DNA of 64,000 nucleotides, from NCBI GenBank assembly GCA_026004535.1, contig BPJI01000001.1, forward strand, positions 15,915 to 79,914, written 5' to 3'. Position 1 is the first letter of the stretch. Each line of letters starts with the position of its first letter. This DNA is from Candidatus Parcubacteria bacterium (GTDB taxonomy: Bacteria > Patescibacteriota > Minisyncoccia > UBA6257 > HR35). Position numbers and translations under genes: made by a program. Below are positions 46,590-56,661 of the stretch, piece by piece. Under the pieces are notes generated by a model. It was given only the letters and a program-made list of their open reading frames with translations. It did not search any database and was not told the DNA's origin.

Positions 46590-48393
46590 TAATCTAAGAA
46601 ATCTCCTTTTAATTGGATCATTGATTTTTTTTACTCTTATCTTATATCTTGGTTATAATCAAAATTTATTAGCGGAAAAGATTTCTTTTGAAGAATTTTT
46701 AACAAAAGTCAAAAATAACGAAATTAAAACAATTACTCTTTCGGGCAAAGCCAATATTATCGCTCAAACCAAAGAAGGTAAAATTTTAAGAACAACCAAA
46801 GATCCTGACGAAAGCTTGACCCAGCTTTTTAAAGACTATGGTGTTGCTTCCTCAACAATACTGACTCTAGAAATCAATCAAGAAACAGGAAATTGGAAAG
46901 ATATTTTGTATGCTTTAATATTTAACGTTCTTCCTTTTTTGCTTGTTGCTTGGATTTTTTGGCAAATATTTAAACAAGCACAAAGAGGCACAACTCAAAT
47001 TTTCTCTTTCAGTAAATCAGGAATTAAAGTTTATAATCCCAATGATCCAGATCGAGTAACTTTTAAAGATGTGGCTGGACTTGAAGAAGCTAAACAAGAA
47101 CTTATGGAGATTGTCGAGTTTTTAAAAAATCCCGATAAATTTTTCAAAATTGGAGCTAGAATTCCTAAAGGAGTTTTATTAGTTGGACCACCTGGATCCG
47201 GAAAAACGCTTTTGGCCCGCAGCGTAGCTTCAGAAGCTGGCGTTCCTTTCTTTTATATTTCTGGATCAGAATTTGTGGAAATGTTTGTCGGAGTTGGAAG
47301 CGCCAGAGTCCGTGACAGTTTTTCAATTGCTAAGAAAAATCAGCCTAGCATTTTATTTATTGATGAACTAGATGCCATTGGAAAAATTAGAGGTGCGGGA
47401 ATTACTGGGGCTCATGAAGAAAGAGAACAAACCTTGAATCAAATTTTAGTCGAAATGGACGGTTTTGAAAAAGGAACAAAAGTTGTTGTGTTGGCAGCAA
47501 CAAATAGAGCTGATGTCTTAGATCCGGCTCTTTTAAGACCGGGAAGGTTTGACAGAAAAATTATTTTAGATTTGCCTGATATTAAAGCTCGTGAAGAAAT
47601 ATTAAAAATTCACTTAAGAGATAAAAAATTTAGTAAGGTTAATTTAAGACAGATAGCTGAAAGAACTCCGGGTTTTTCTGGTGCTGATTTAGCTAATTTA
47701 TGTAATGAAGCAGCAATTTTAGCTGCTAGAAGAAATAAAGAGTTTATCACTCAACAAGAACTTTTAGATTCAATTGAAAAAGTTTTATTAGGACCAGAAA
47801 GAAAAACAAAAGCTTATTCGAAAAAAGAAAAAGAGATTGCTGCTTATCATGAAGCTGGTCATGCCATTGTTGCTCATTATTTACCTTACACTAGCCCAGT
47901 TCAAAAAATTTCAATTATTGCTCGTGGGCGAGCAGGTGGTTATACTTTAAAAACACCTCTTGAAGAAAGAAGTTTTTATTTTAAGAAAGAATTCTTAGAT
48001 GAATTAGCCTCAATGCTTGGTGGTTATGCTGCTGAAAAATTAATTTTTGATGATACTACCACTGGAGCCAGTAATGATTTAGAAGTTGCCACTGATTTAG
48101 CCAGACAATTAGTAACTAAATTTGGTATGTCAGAAAAACTTGGACCGATTTCAATTTCTCAAAAACAAAGAGAATTTGTTTTAGGAAAAGAATATTCTGA
48201 AAAAACAGCTGAATTAATTGACGAAGAAGTCAAAAATATTATTAATCAAGCTTTAGAAAGGGCTTTAAAAGTTTTAGAAATCAAAAAAGATAAATTAGAA
48301 AAAATAGCTCAAGTTTTAATTAAAAAAGAAGTTATTGAAAAAAAACAATTTGAAAAATTAGTTGGCGATAAAAAAGGCAGTTTGGAAATCTAA
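46582..48393 (+). CDS. ftsH: ATP-dependent zinc metalloprotease FtsH.
   Basis: N-terminal TMs. AAA Walker [12 protein letters not shown]. Protease HEAGHAIV. Confidence 0.9.
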   Translation: MNNNLRNLLLIGSLIFFTLILYLGYNQNLLAEKISFEEFLTKVKNNEIKTITLSGKANIIAQTKEGKILRTTKDPDESLTQLFKDYGVASSTILTLEINQETGNWKDILYALIFNVLPFLLVAWIFWQIFKQAQRGTTQIFSFSKSGIKVYNPNDPDRVTFKDVAGLEEAKQELMEIVEFLKNPDKFFKIGARIPKGVLLVGPPGSGKTLLARSVASEAGVPFFYISGSEFVEMFVGVGSARVRDSFSIAKKNQPSILFIDELDAIGKIRGAGITGAHEEREQTLNQILVEMDGFEKGTKVVVLAATNRADVLDPALLRPGRFDRKIILDLPDIKAREEILKIHLRDKKFSKVNLRQIAERTPGFSGADLANLCNEAAILAARRNKEFITQQELLDSIEKVLLGPERKTKAYSKKEKEIAAYHEAGHAIVAHYLPYTSPVQKISIIARGRAGGYTLKTPLEERSFYFKKEFLDELASMLGGYAAEKLIFDDTTTGASNDLEVATDLARQLVTKFGMSEKLGPISISQKQREFVLGKEYSEKTAELIDEEVKNIINQALERALKVLEIKKDKLEKIAQVLIKKEVIEKKQFEKLVGDKKGSLEI

Positions 48394-48962
48394 TGGAAAT
48401 TATTTTTATTTTTCTAATTCTAATTTATTCAATAATCTTACATGAAATCTCTCATGGCTATGTTGCTTATAAATTAGGCGATCCAACTGCTAAATATGAA
48501 GGCAGATTAAGCTTGAATCCAATTCCCCATATTGATCCAATTGGGACAATTTTGCTTCCAGCTTTAACTTTTTTAACCTCAGGTTTTATTTTTGGTTGGG
48601 CTAAACCCGTTCCTTATAATCCTTATAACTTAAAAAATCCGAACAGGGATTCAATTTATATTGCTTTAGCTGGACCATTGACTAATATTTGTTTAGCAAT
48701 TATTTTTTCTTTTTTATATAAATTTTTTCCTCTTCAAGCTTTTCTTTTTGGTTTAAGAATTAATTTAGTTTTAGCTTTTTTTAATCTTTTACCAATTCCT
48801 CCTTTAGATGGCTCAAAAATTTTACTAACAAAAATTCCTTTAGAAATTTACCAATATCTAGAAATTTACGGTTTTATCTTAATTATTATTTTTATGATTT
48901 TCTTTTTTCCCTATTTCTCAAACTTTATAAATTTGTTACAAAATTTCCTTATAAGAATTTAA
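48393..48962 (+). CDS. M50 family (site-2 protease-like) membrane metallopeptidase.
   Basis: HEISHG (HExxH) in TM1. NPIPHIDPIGT (M50B motif). Confidence 0.6.
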   Translation: MEIIFIFLILIYSIILHEISHGYVAYKLGDPTAKYEGRLSLNPIPHIDPIGTILLPALTFLTSGFIFGWAKPVPYNPYNLKNPNRDSIYIALAGPLTNICLAIIFSFLYKFFPLQAFLFGLRINLVLAFFNLLPIPPLDGSKILLTKIPLEIYQYLEIYGFILIIIFMIFFFPYFSNFINLLQNFLIRI

Positions 48963-49447
48963 GGAGATTTAATTTTTAATATCGAAGAAGATTCAACTAT
49001 TAGTATAGACTCGGCAAAAGATAATAGTTTCCGATAAACAAAAATATCAGCTAAGATAGTTGCTGGAATAGTAATAAGTAAACCAACTATCAGAAACAAT
49101 AATCCTAAAAAATTAATAAAAGAAAGCATTACTCCAAAAATAAATAATCCAAATACAGAACCTTTTATAATTTCAGCACTTTTCTTCAAAGCATCTATTG
49201 GTCCGTATCCCCTATCAATGATTAAATATTTGTAAAATTGAAATTTTATCATAAGAATAACTGAAATAACAAAACCAACTATAATATCTATAATAATAGG
49301 AATAGTGTTGTTCAAGAAAATTTTTAGACTATAACCTCCTAATACAATAATAATTACTGAAGATGCTGCAATCAAAAAGAAAAGAATGTGACCGATTAAA
49401 TATCTAAAAAACAAAAACAAAGAAGGGGGTCTGAAAAGATCAACCAA
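48959..49447 (-). CDS. Hypothetical polytopic membrane protein.
   Basis: 162 aa with 4 predicted TM helices. Confidence 0.35.
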   Translation of the reverse strand: MVDLFRPPSLFLFFRYLIGHILFFLIAASSVIIIVLGGYSLKIFLNNTIPIIIDIIVGFVISVILMIKFQFYKYLIIDRGYGPIDALKKSAEIIKGSVFGLFIFGVMLSFINFLGLLFLIVGLLITIPATILADIFVYRKLLSFAESILIVESSSILKIKSP

Positions 49448-49463
49448 TTTTGGTTTTTCATTA

Positions 49464-49712
49464 TCAATAAAATTTAAATAAATTTTTAATAAAATTAATC
49501 AAAATTATAATGTTTACGATAAAATTAACTATATAAAAAGTTACCGATAAAAATAAAGATTGTTTGGTTATAAATTTTTGAATAAAAGCTAGAAAAAAAC
49601 TAATAAGAATAATAATTAATAATAACTTAATTAAAAATCCGAGGTTATTTTTAATTATACTCCAGCTAAAAAGTATTGCCTCATTATAAGAAAACTTTTG
49701 CTGCTGGCTCAT
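49464..49712 (-). CDS. Hypothetical small membrane protein.
   Basis: 82 aa with 2 TM helices. Confidence 0.3.
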   Translation of the reverse strand: MSQQQKFSYNEAILFSWSIIKNNLGFLIKLLLIIILISFFLAFIQKFITKQSLFLSVTFYIVNFIVNIIILINFIKNLFKFY

Positions 49713-49760
49713 AAAAATGTTTTTTTAATATTAACCTTTAGCTTAATTTTATTTTATCTT

Positions 49761-49831
49761 AGCCGGCGGTGGGACTCGAACCCACATCTTCCCTTTACGA
49801 AAGGGACGCTCTGCCCTTGAGCTACACCGGC
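49761..49831 (-). tRNA. tRNA-Thr (anticodon CGT).
   Basis: Reverse complement gccggtgtagctcaagggcagagcgtccctttcgtaaaggga..., anticodon loop ttCGTaa. Confidence 0.75.
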
Positions 49832-49832
49832 A

Positions 49833-49903
49833 TGGACCTACGGGGAATTGAACCCCGATCTCTGCTGTGCGACAGCAGTGTTTTACCATTAAACTATAGG
49901 CCC
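49833..49903 (-). tRNA. tRNA-Ala (anticodon CGC).
   Basis: Reverse complement gggcctatagtttaatgg...ctgctgtCGCacagcag. A G3:U70 identity pair is present. Confidence 0.7.
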
Positions 49904-49943
49904 AGTTTAATTTTATAATATAATTAGACCATAAAATAATTTA

Positions 49944-50015
49944 GGGCGGGTAGCTCAGTGGCAGAGCATCACGTTTACACCGTGAAGGTCGTGGGTTCAA
50001 ATCCCACCCCGCCCA
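49944..50015 (+). tRNA. tRNA-Val (anticodon TAC).
   Basis: gggcgggtagctcagtggcagagcatcacgtttacaccgtga..., anticodon loop ttTACac. Confidence 0.8.
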
Positions 50016-50146
50016 ATAGACATGGTGGGCAATAACCCACTTATAAATTAATAATATCTAAGCGTAAAACAAAAATGAGGAAGTCAAAACAAAATATTAG
50101 TAAAAAGAATAAGTTTTGCCGTTTTAGAATCATCTTCTGCCGCTAG

Positions 50147-50677
50147 ATGAAAAAATTCATTATTTCAATAATTATAATATTTTCAGCAATATTGTTAATT
50201 GGCTCGCTTGAAAAAAAGAGAGAATTTACCATCACCCATAGTTTTAACAATAAAAAAAGCAATGAAAAAAACCTAGCGGAAAATAAAAACAATGATTCCC
50301 AACAAACAAATAGCGATTTTTTGATAAGTATTCAAGATAAGATAAATAGCAATTTAGAGTCTTTAATTTCAAAACTAACACCAGATCAAGATAAATCAAT
50401 GGATAGATATAATGAAGAAATTAATCAATTACTACAAAAGTACAAAGCTCCAGATATACAGAATTTAGATTCTGACTATTTTATAAATATTGCCAAAGAA
50501 TTAGCAAACATAAATCCTCCGCTTTCTTTATATGAACAACATTTAGAATTAATAAGATATTACTACACAGCTGGTTTTATTTTAAAAGAAATTCAACAAA
50601 CTAATAGTTTCCCAGAAAAAATAATCTTAGCCGAATATCTTAAAACATTTTTACGAAAGATTAAGTCATCACAATAA
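50147..50677 (+). CDS. Signal-anchored hypothetical protein. It is the first gene of the T4SS-like cluster.
   Basis: N-terminal TM/signal, then a hydrophilic helical 150 aa region. Confidence 0.4.
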   Translation: MKKFIISIIIIFSAILLIGSLEKKREFTITHSFNNKKSNEKNLAENKNNDSQQTNSDFLISIQDKINSNLESLISKLTPDQDKSMDRYNEEINQLLQKYKAPDIQNLDSDYFINIAKELANINPPLSLYEQHLELIRYYYTAGFILKEIQQTNSFPEKIILAEYLKTFLRKIKSSQ

Positions 50678-50733
50678 ATAGTTAAAATATTGGAAATATT
50701 TTATAATATAAATATCTTAAAACATTCAAGAAG

Positions 50734-52752
50734 ATGCTAAGTAAAAACTTAAAAATTTTAATACTAATAACTACGGTGGTTATTTTCTTATTGCCATTTA
50801 ATAAAATAGAAGGCCTAACAACAGTTCCTGTAAGTGATTATGGAGCACGACAATTACTACAAAATATAGGTGGTTTATTAGACGTCTTAAATACTCAATT
50901 ACCAAAACTCTTAAATCCCTTAAATGTTAACACAAAAGGAATTTTAGAAAGCATGACTAATGAAAAATTAGACAAATATCTCAATGATTCTCTTAAGTTT
51001 TATGAACTAACTAGGTATGTTCAGTATTATGAAAATCAATTGAAAACTTTAGAAAAAGAGACCGAGAATTATAAAAAAGTTCAATTAGAAGAAGCAAAGA
51101 TAGCCGGTGCTTATCTTGCTTTACAAGAAATTGCACAACAAATAAAATGCACCGCACCATCCGTAAGAGATAAATTTAACGCTGCCATTGTTACAATTTT
51201 TAGTCCCTATGACTTAGCTAATAGAGCTTTAATTGGTTATTTTAAGGATATAATCAATTGTCGAGAATCATCAATGGAATCAACGATAACCAAAATGTCA
51301 AAACAAAAAAGCTCATTCGTTTTTTTACGACCATTCGTTATAACACCTTTTTTATCTCAAATAAATCTAGAAACAGACGTATCCGACTCCAGTATGATAC
51401 AAATTAAGTCAGCATTTTTAGAAACTGAACTTACAATCTATACAAACGATATAATTAACACAATATCGATCCTGGTTAACCAAAAAGTTAAAGAAAAAGT
51501 AAGAGAAAGAGAAAATGAAATTGGCACAATTAAACCCTATTATGAAAAATGTGTCTCTAAGTTAAATCTTGATACAGTAACTGATCAAGGAATAGTTTTT
51601 TGTACTGATTATAAAGTATATATCAGCGGAGAAGATTTTCGACAAATAGTTAGTGATTTAAAACGACAGATAACTAACCCTCAATTATCATTTAATCAAA
51701 CCTATGATTATCTGATGAATTTAATAAAATTTAATGAATCAACCACAGCATTAACAGTTTCAAATAGTGGTGATATATTTTTATCCGAAGCCCTAAAAGA
51801 AAAAATATGTGGAAGATTCGAGAAAGATAACGCAACAGCCGGACAATATAGCGCTTATACTCAATGCTTAAAAGATTTAGCTGAAAAATATAACGAGTAT
51901 ATAAAAAAAATTGAAGAAGAAATTAAACGTTTTAGAGACCTACAACTAGCCGCTGAATCTAAAACAGTAGAACTCGAAAATAAAGCAAAGGCGATAAATC
52001 TACCAAATGGATGCAGAGCTGGTAATAAATATTTATTTGAAATCAGAGAATATCTTGAAACAGAAAGAGAAAATTATAAAATAATAACCATCAGACTTTC
52101 AGATTTATTAGGCTTAATAGGCATTAAACTCAACGACATTAATAGGTCAATAAACCAAATGAACAGCACAATTCAAGAAATTGTTCGTGAAATAAATAAT
52201 CTTATCGATATTCTTAATGACGTCTTGAAGTTAGCAAAAATACCATTAAATATTCCACCTATAGCATTCGATATCCCTATTTTTAATGTACTCGATTTTA
52301 TATTAGGTATTGCTAAAGTAAATGCTTTACTTTTACCAGATACTATCTCAAAAATAAATAATATAACTAATAAAATATCGTCCTCGGTAGATAGTGTCGA
52401 AAATCTTTTTAACGAGAACATAGCTAATATAAATGATTTCCAAAAAACATTGAGTGAAACTTATGATAGATATGATATCTTAAGCGCCAACAATAGATTA
52501 ATGAATGACTATCCATATCTTGAGGAGAAATTAAACATATACGAAGAGTTAACTAAGCAAGATAGAGAAACCTTAGAAAAGATGGGAGTTTGCCTCGAAG
52601 AATTTTATCCATTTATTACTGACAAATCTTCAGAAAGGCAATCTTCTCAACGAATTACAATTAAACCGTCTGAGCAAAAATTTAGCTTTTTTGGTTATAT
52701 AGAAAATTTATTCAAACCAAAAATGGTTAAAATTATATACAATGAAAAATAA
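50734..52752 (+). CDS. Large secreted alpha-helical protein, hypothetical (possible T4SS surface/tip component).
   Basis: Signal peptide. 672 aa with coiled-coil segments. Confidence 0.4.
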   Translation: MLSKNLKILILITTVVIFLLPFNKIEGLTTVPVSDYGARQLLQNIGGLLDVLNTQLPKLLNPLNVNTKGILESMTNEKLDKYLNDSLKFYELTRYVQYYENQLKTLEKETENYKKVQLEEAKIAGAYLALQEIAQQIKCTAPSVRDKFNAAIVTIFSPYDLANRALIGYFKDIINCRESSMESTITKMSKQKSSFVFLRPFVITPFLSQINLETDVSDSSMIQIKSAFLETELTIYTNDIINTISILVNQKVKEKVRERENEIGTIKPYYEKCVSKLNLDTVTDQGIVFCTDYKVYISGEDFRQIVSDLKRQITNPQLSFNQTYDYLMNLIKFNESTTALTVSNSGDIFLSEALKEKICGRFEKDNATAGQYSAYTQCLKDLAEKYNEYIKKIEEEIKRFRDLQLAAESKTVELENKAKAINLPNGCRAGNKYLFEIREYLETERENYKIITIRLSDLLGLIGIKLNDINRSINQMNSTIQEIVREINNLIDILNDVLKLAKIPLNIPPIAFDIPIFNVLDFILGIAKVNALLLPDTISKINNITNKISSSVDSVENLFNENIANINDFQKTLSETYDRYDILSANNRLMNDYPYLEEKLNIYEELTKQDRETLEKMGVCLEEFYPFITDKSSERQSSQRITIKPSEQKFSFFGYIENLFKPKMVKIIYNEK

Positions 52753-54856
52753 AAATCTATTAATAATTTTTTTCTGTTTTGCACTGGTTATACTACCTTT
52801 AAAACAAGCTTGGGCTTTTATTTTTGATTGGCTAGGAGAAAAAGTTGTTAAAGGCATTGCTGGTATTATAAGATTTTTTACTAAATTTATACACGAACTT
52901 TTATTTTTCATAAATATAGATTTATTGGCTAAAATAGTAAATTATGTTGCGACACTAAATCCTTTTAAAGATGATGTTCAATATAGAGATGAGGGAGGGC
53001 AGACAAAAACAGTAATGTCTCCAGTAAAGGTTATCTGGAATATACTTAAAAATTTTGCTTATATTCTTTTAGTTTTTTCTGCTCTTTTTGCTGGTTATGA
53101 ATGGCTAATGGGAAAAGACGCAAACGCTAAAAGATTGATTTTCAATATTATTATTGTTGCTCTTCTAATTAGTTTCACTTTTGTTTTAGTTCGAGAAGCT
53201 TTTTTGGTTGTCTATGGTTTTGAAAAAGGAATAACTGGCGGTAATTCAAACCAAATTGGAACCATTATTGCTGCTTCATTATGGCAAAAAAATCCTTTTA
53301 CTGAGATAGATTCGTTTGCTAATAGTTTAGCATCACAACAAAGGGATAATGAGGAAATTTTTATATCATTAGCCAGTGCTATTGGTTATATCTTTATTAT
53401 TGTCTTTGATATGCTCATCCTCATCATTTTATTCATAACTGCCGTTTTGTTTATTATTCGTTACTTAATGATTATTTTCCTTGGCGGGACATCATCAATT
53501 GCTTTAGCAACTTTAGCTTTTCCTGAATTTAAAGGAGCACTTGGGCAAGTATTTGCTAATTTAAAGTTTTGGAATACATGGTTAGAATATTTTATCCGTT
53601 GGCTTTTGGTAATTCCTATTTTTGTTATTTTGGTTATTTTGGGTAATGCTTTAAAAGAAAATACTTTAGGCCAAATTCAAGCTCAATCTGTAAAAAGTGA
53701 TTTAATTGAGTTTATGATGCTACTTTTGATGCTAGAAGGTTGGTATATTATCTCGATTATTATCGCTAACAAAATTTCTAAAGGTGCAGCTAATCTGGGT
53801 AAAGCAGCAGCAACAGCGGCAATGCTCACTGTTGGTGGTTTGACTACCAAAGGGCTAATGAGCGCTGTTGGACCAAGAATTGGAAATATACTCTCGAAGA
53901 CTGGCGGAGAGGTAGAAGAACGTTTTGCTGGTCGTGGTTTCCTTGGGTCATGGGTTAGTCAAAAAATTGGTAAACCAGTAAAAAAAGCTGGTGAAGATAT
54001 GCTCAAAAGAAGATATGAACTAGAAGCTAAAGCAATTAAATCAAGAATTAGCACAATTGATGAACAATTAAGAAGGGAAAAAGATCCAGAAAAACAAGCA
54101 AAACTAACTGATCAATTAGTTCAATTAACAAAAAGATACGAGAATGTTCCTTATGTTTTAAAACAAATAAATGAAGAGATTGGTAAAATGTCAAGAATGT
54201 CCTTTGAAAAAATAGCGACAAATAAAGATGCTATAAGTCTTTTAGCAGGAGCTGACAAACCTCAAGAATTAAGAGAAAAAGTCATTAGTCAGGTTGATAA
54301 ATTGAGTAAAGGCACTTTAAGAAATATCTTGGGAGATAGAGAACTTTTGGAGGTTTGGAGCAAACTTTCTCTTGATGTTAGTAATGCTTTTATAGATAAA
54401 TTAGGCAAAGAGCTTAGTGATGCTGATGTTATTGAACAATTGACCAAAGAAGAAATAAGAAATCTTATACCTGGATTGCCAGGTAATTTTCAAAAAGCTA
54501 TCAATAGATTATCAAAGGGCTTTGTTGAGGCAGCTACCAAAAAAGATTTAGAAGCTGTAAGTAATGCTCTAGCTTCTTTGAGTGAAGATGTTTGGAGGCA
54601 ACCAGAAAATATTGATAAAGCGTTGAGGGGTTATGAATTAAACGATCAAGAAATCAAAGAGTCTCTTAAAAATGCTCTTACTCGAAGCACAAAGCCAGAA
54701 ATAATCATCAATACTTTAAGAAGCGCACCTAAAGGTGATCCTATAAGACGAACACTATCTTTATTAACTGATACGGAAATTAATGAAATAGAGAGAATTT
54801 TAACTCCTCAATTAAAAAATAAACTTGAAACGATCATCTTAGAAGAAAGCGCTTAA
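52742..54856 (+). CDS. Polytopic membrane protein (VirB6/TrbL-like) with a 350 aa cytoplasmic C-terminal extension.
   Basis: About 7 TM helices in the first 350 aa (FIIVFDMLILIILFITAVLFII...). It sits adjacent to the PrgI-like and VirB4 genes. Confidence 0.45.
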   Translation: MKNKNLLIIFFCFALVILPLKQAWAFIFDWLGEKVVKGIAGIIRFFTKFIHELLFFINIDLLAKIVNYVATLNPFKDDVQYRDEGGQTKTVMSPVKVIWNILKNFAYILLVFSALFAGYEWLMGKDANAKRLIFNIIIVALLISFTFVLVREAFLVVYGFEKGITGGNSNQIGTIIAASLWQKNPFTEIDSFANSLASQQRDNEEIFISLASAIGYIFIIVFDMLILIILFITAVLFIIRYLMIIFLGGTSSIALATLAFPEFKGALGQVFANLKFWNTWLEYFIRWLLVIPIFVILVILGNALKENTLGQIQAQSVKSDLIEFMMLLLMLEGWYIISIIIANKISKGAANLGKAAATAAMLTVGGLTTKGLMSAVGPRIGNILSKTGGEVEERFAGRGFLGSWVSQKIGKPVKKAGEDMLKRRYELEAKAIKSRISTIDEQLRREKDPEKQAKLTDQLVQLTKRYENVPYVLKQINEEIGKMSRMSFEKIATNKDAISLLAGADKPQELREKVISQVDKLSKGTLRNILGDRELLEVWSKLSLDVSNAFIDKLGKELSDADVIEQLTKEEIRNLIPGLPGNFQKAINRLSKGFVEAATKKDLEAVSNALASLSEDVWRQPENIDKALRGYELNDQEIKESLKNALTRSTKPEIIINTLRSAPKGDPIRRTLSLLTDTEINEIERILTPQLKNKLETIILEESA

Positions 54857-54858
54857 AA

Positions 54859-55470
54859 ATGAATAAGGAAATTATAAAATTTATTGGTAGTGAGGAATAT
54901 GACAAACAAGTAGAAGATATCGGGAAATCTTTAGGTTTTAACTGGGGTGATAAAGAAATGACCAAAATAATAATTTTAATGGATGGAATTGTTAAATATA
55001 ATCTTACTTCCGAGAATCAAGTTAAAGAAGCAATCAAAAAATGGTTGGATTTCTTAAATGAAGAACAAATAAATTCTCTCTATAACTATCTCAAAGAAAA
55101 TTTTTTGCCTAAAGTAAAAGAGCTTTGGCAGAAAGAAGAAATAGAAATAAGTGAAGAAACAATACCTGAAGAAACTTTTGAAGAAAAAGAAAAAAAATAT
55201 ATTGAGATGATGAAAGAATTAATTAAAACTGGAGAATTAAAATTACCACCCAAAAGAGAAACAAAACAAATAATTGAACAAAAACCAAAAGAAGAAAAAG
55301 AAGAGGTCAAAATAATTACTTTTGAACCCGAAGAAAAAATTAACCTTAAAGAGAAATCAACACAAGAAGGAACAACTTTGCCTGAGTCAGCAATTATTAT
55401 TAAGAAAAAGGGCGAAGAAGAAAAACCAAAACCAGAAGATGAAGAACTTTTAGATCTTTCTAAGTTATAA
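54859..55470 (+). CDS. Acidic E/K-rich hypothetical protein.
   Basis: 203 aa, low complexity, no TM helix. Confidence 0.35.
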   Translation: MNKEIIKFIGSEEYDKQVEDIGKSLGFNWGDKEMTKIIILMDGIVKYNLTSENQVKEAIKKWLDFLNEEQINSLYNYLKENFLPKVKELWQKEEIEISEETIPEETFEEKEKKYIEMMKELIKTGELKLPPKRETKQIIEQKPKEEKEEVKIITFEPEEKINLKEKSTQEGTTLPESAIIIKKKGEEEKPKPEDEELLDLSKL

Positions 55471-55477
55471 TAATAAT

Positions 55478-56035
55478 ATGGCTACCAGATTTTATGTGCC
55501 AAAATTTATTACTATTGAGGACAAATTAGCCGGACTTTTAACTTTTCGACAGCTTTTTGCTTTGTTGGGGGCTTTTCTTTTAAGCTTCCTAGTTTTTAGA
55601 ATTAACCAATTTTTAGGCTTTATTACCATGATAATTTCTTTTGGCACAGCTTTTTTATTAACTTTTGTTCATCTCAATGGCAAACCATTCGTTTATATTT
55701 TGCCTCAAGTTTTTGGCTTTGTTTTTGGTAGTAAAAGATTTGTCTGGCAAAAAATTGAAAAAGTAACTTATAAAGAAGTAGCCCTATCTCCAGAAATAAC
55801 CGATAGAGTTCCCTATCCTAAAATTAAGGAAAGAAAAAAAAATATCGGCGATAAAGCTGAAATAATTTTGGAATATCCTGAAACTAACATCAAAGAGAAA
55901 TTGTCTGTTTCTTTAAAAGAACCGATCGCCCTCCAAGCCGAAGAAATTAATCGTTATGTTCATCGTCATCTAAGCAATCCCAAAAATCCTTATCGCTTTT
56001 TTCCTTATGTTAAATTTTATCGAACCATAAAATGA
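55478..56035 (+). CDS. PrgI/TcpE-like (VirB3-like) small membrane protein of Gram-positive-type T4SS.
   Basis: YVPKFITIEDKLAGLLTFRQLFALLGAFLL followed by two TM helices. It sits immediately upstream of VirB4 with a 4 bp overlap. Confidence 0.5.
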   Translation: MATRFYVPKFITIEDKLAGLLTFRQLFALLGAFLLSFLVFRINQFLGFITMIISFGTAFLLTFVHLNGKPFVYILPQVFGFVFGSKRFVWQKIEKVTYKEVALSPEITDRVPYPKIKERKKNIGDKAEIILEYPETNIKEKLSVSLKEPIALQAEEINRYVHRHLSNPKNPYRFFPYVKFYRTIK

Positions 56036-56661
56036 TTGCCCCAACATTTTCTTTAATTAAAGTTAAAGACATTAAAAATGACACCTTAATCCTAGCTAAT
56101 GGAGGTTTAAGAGGCATCTTAGAGGTTAGTGGCCTTAATCTTTCTTTATTAGATGAAAAAGAGCAAGAAATAATTATTAATCAGTTTAAAAATTTACTTG
56201 ATGGTTTAGATTTTCCAATTGAGATTTTAGTTCTGTCGCGGATGGAAAATATTAATAATTATTTAAAAGTTTTACATTTAAGACTTGAAGAAGAAAAAGA
56301 TCCGCTAATCAAGTTTCAATTAGAAGAATATATTAGTTTTTTAGAAGATTATTTACAAAACCATAAGATAATGAAAAAAATTTTTTATCTTGTCGTGCCC
56401 TATGATTCAATTGAAACTGACTTGGGGCCATTGGCTAAAATTCAAAAACAATCTGGCTTGGGAGAAAATGAAGAAACAAAATTTGAACAATTAGAAGCAA
56501 GAATAAATTATGTAATCGATGCTTTAAATAGCGTTGGTCTTTCTGCTTTTAGACTTTCTGATTTAGAATTAATTGAACTTTTATTTGAAGTATATAATCC
56601 TAATTTAAGGTGGCAACAATTACCAAAACAAATTATTGAAAAATTAGCCGAGGTACTATGA
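56032..56661 (+). CDS. VirB4/TrbE-family N-terminal domain (CagE_TrbE_VirB-like), encoded as a separate ORF.
   Basis: DTLILANGGLRGILEVSGLNLSLLDEKEQEIIINQFKNLLDGLDFPIEILVL matches the VirB4 N-domain pattern. There is an ATGA overlap with the ATPase ORF. Confidence 0.5.
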   Translation: MIAPTFSLIKVKDIKNDTLILANGGLRGILEVSGLNLSLLDEKEQEIIINQFKNLLDGLDFPIEILVLSRMENINNYLKVLHLRLEEEKDPLIKFQLEEYISFLEDYLQNHKIMKKIFYLVVPYDSIETDLGPLAKIQKQSGLGENEETKFEQLEARINYVIDALNSVGLSAFRLSDLELIELLFEVYNPNLRWQQLPKQIIEKLAEVL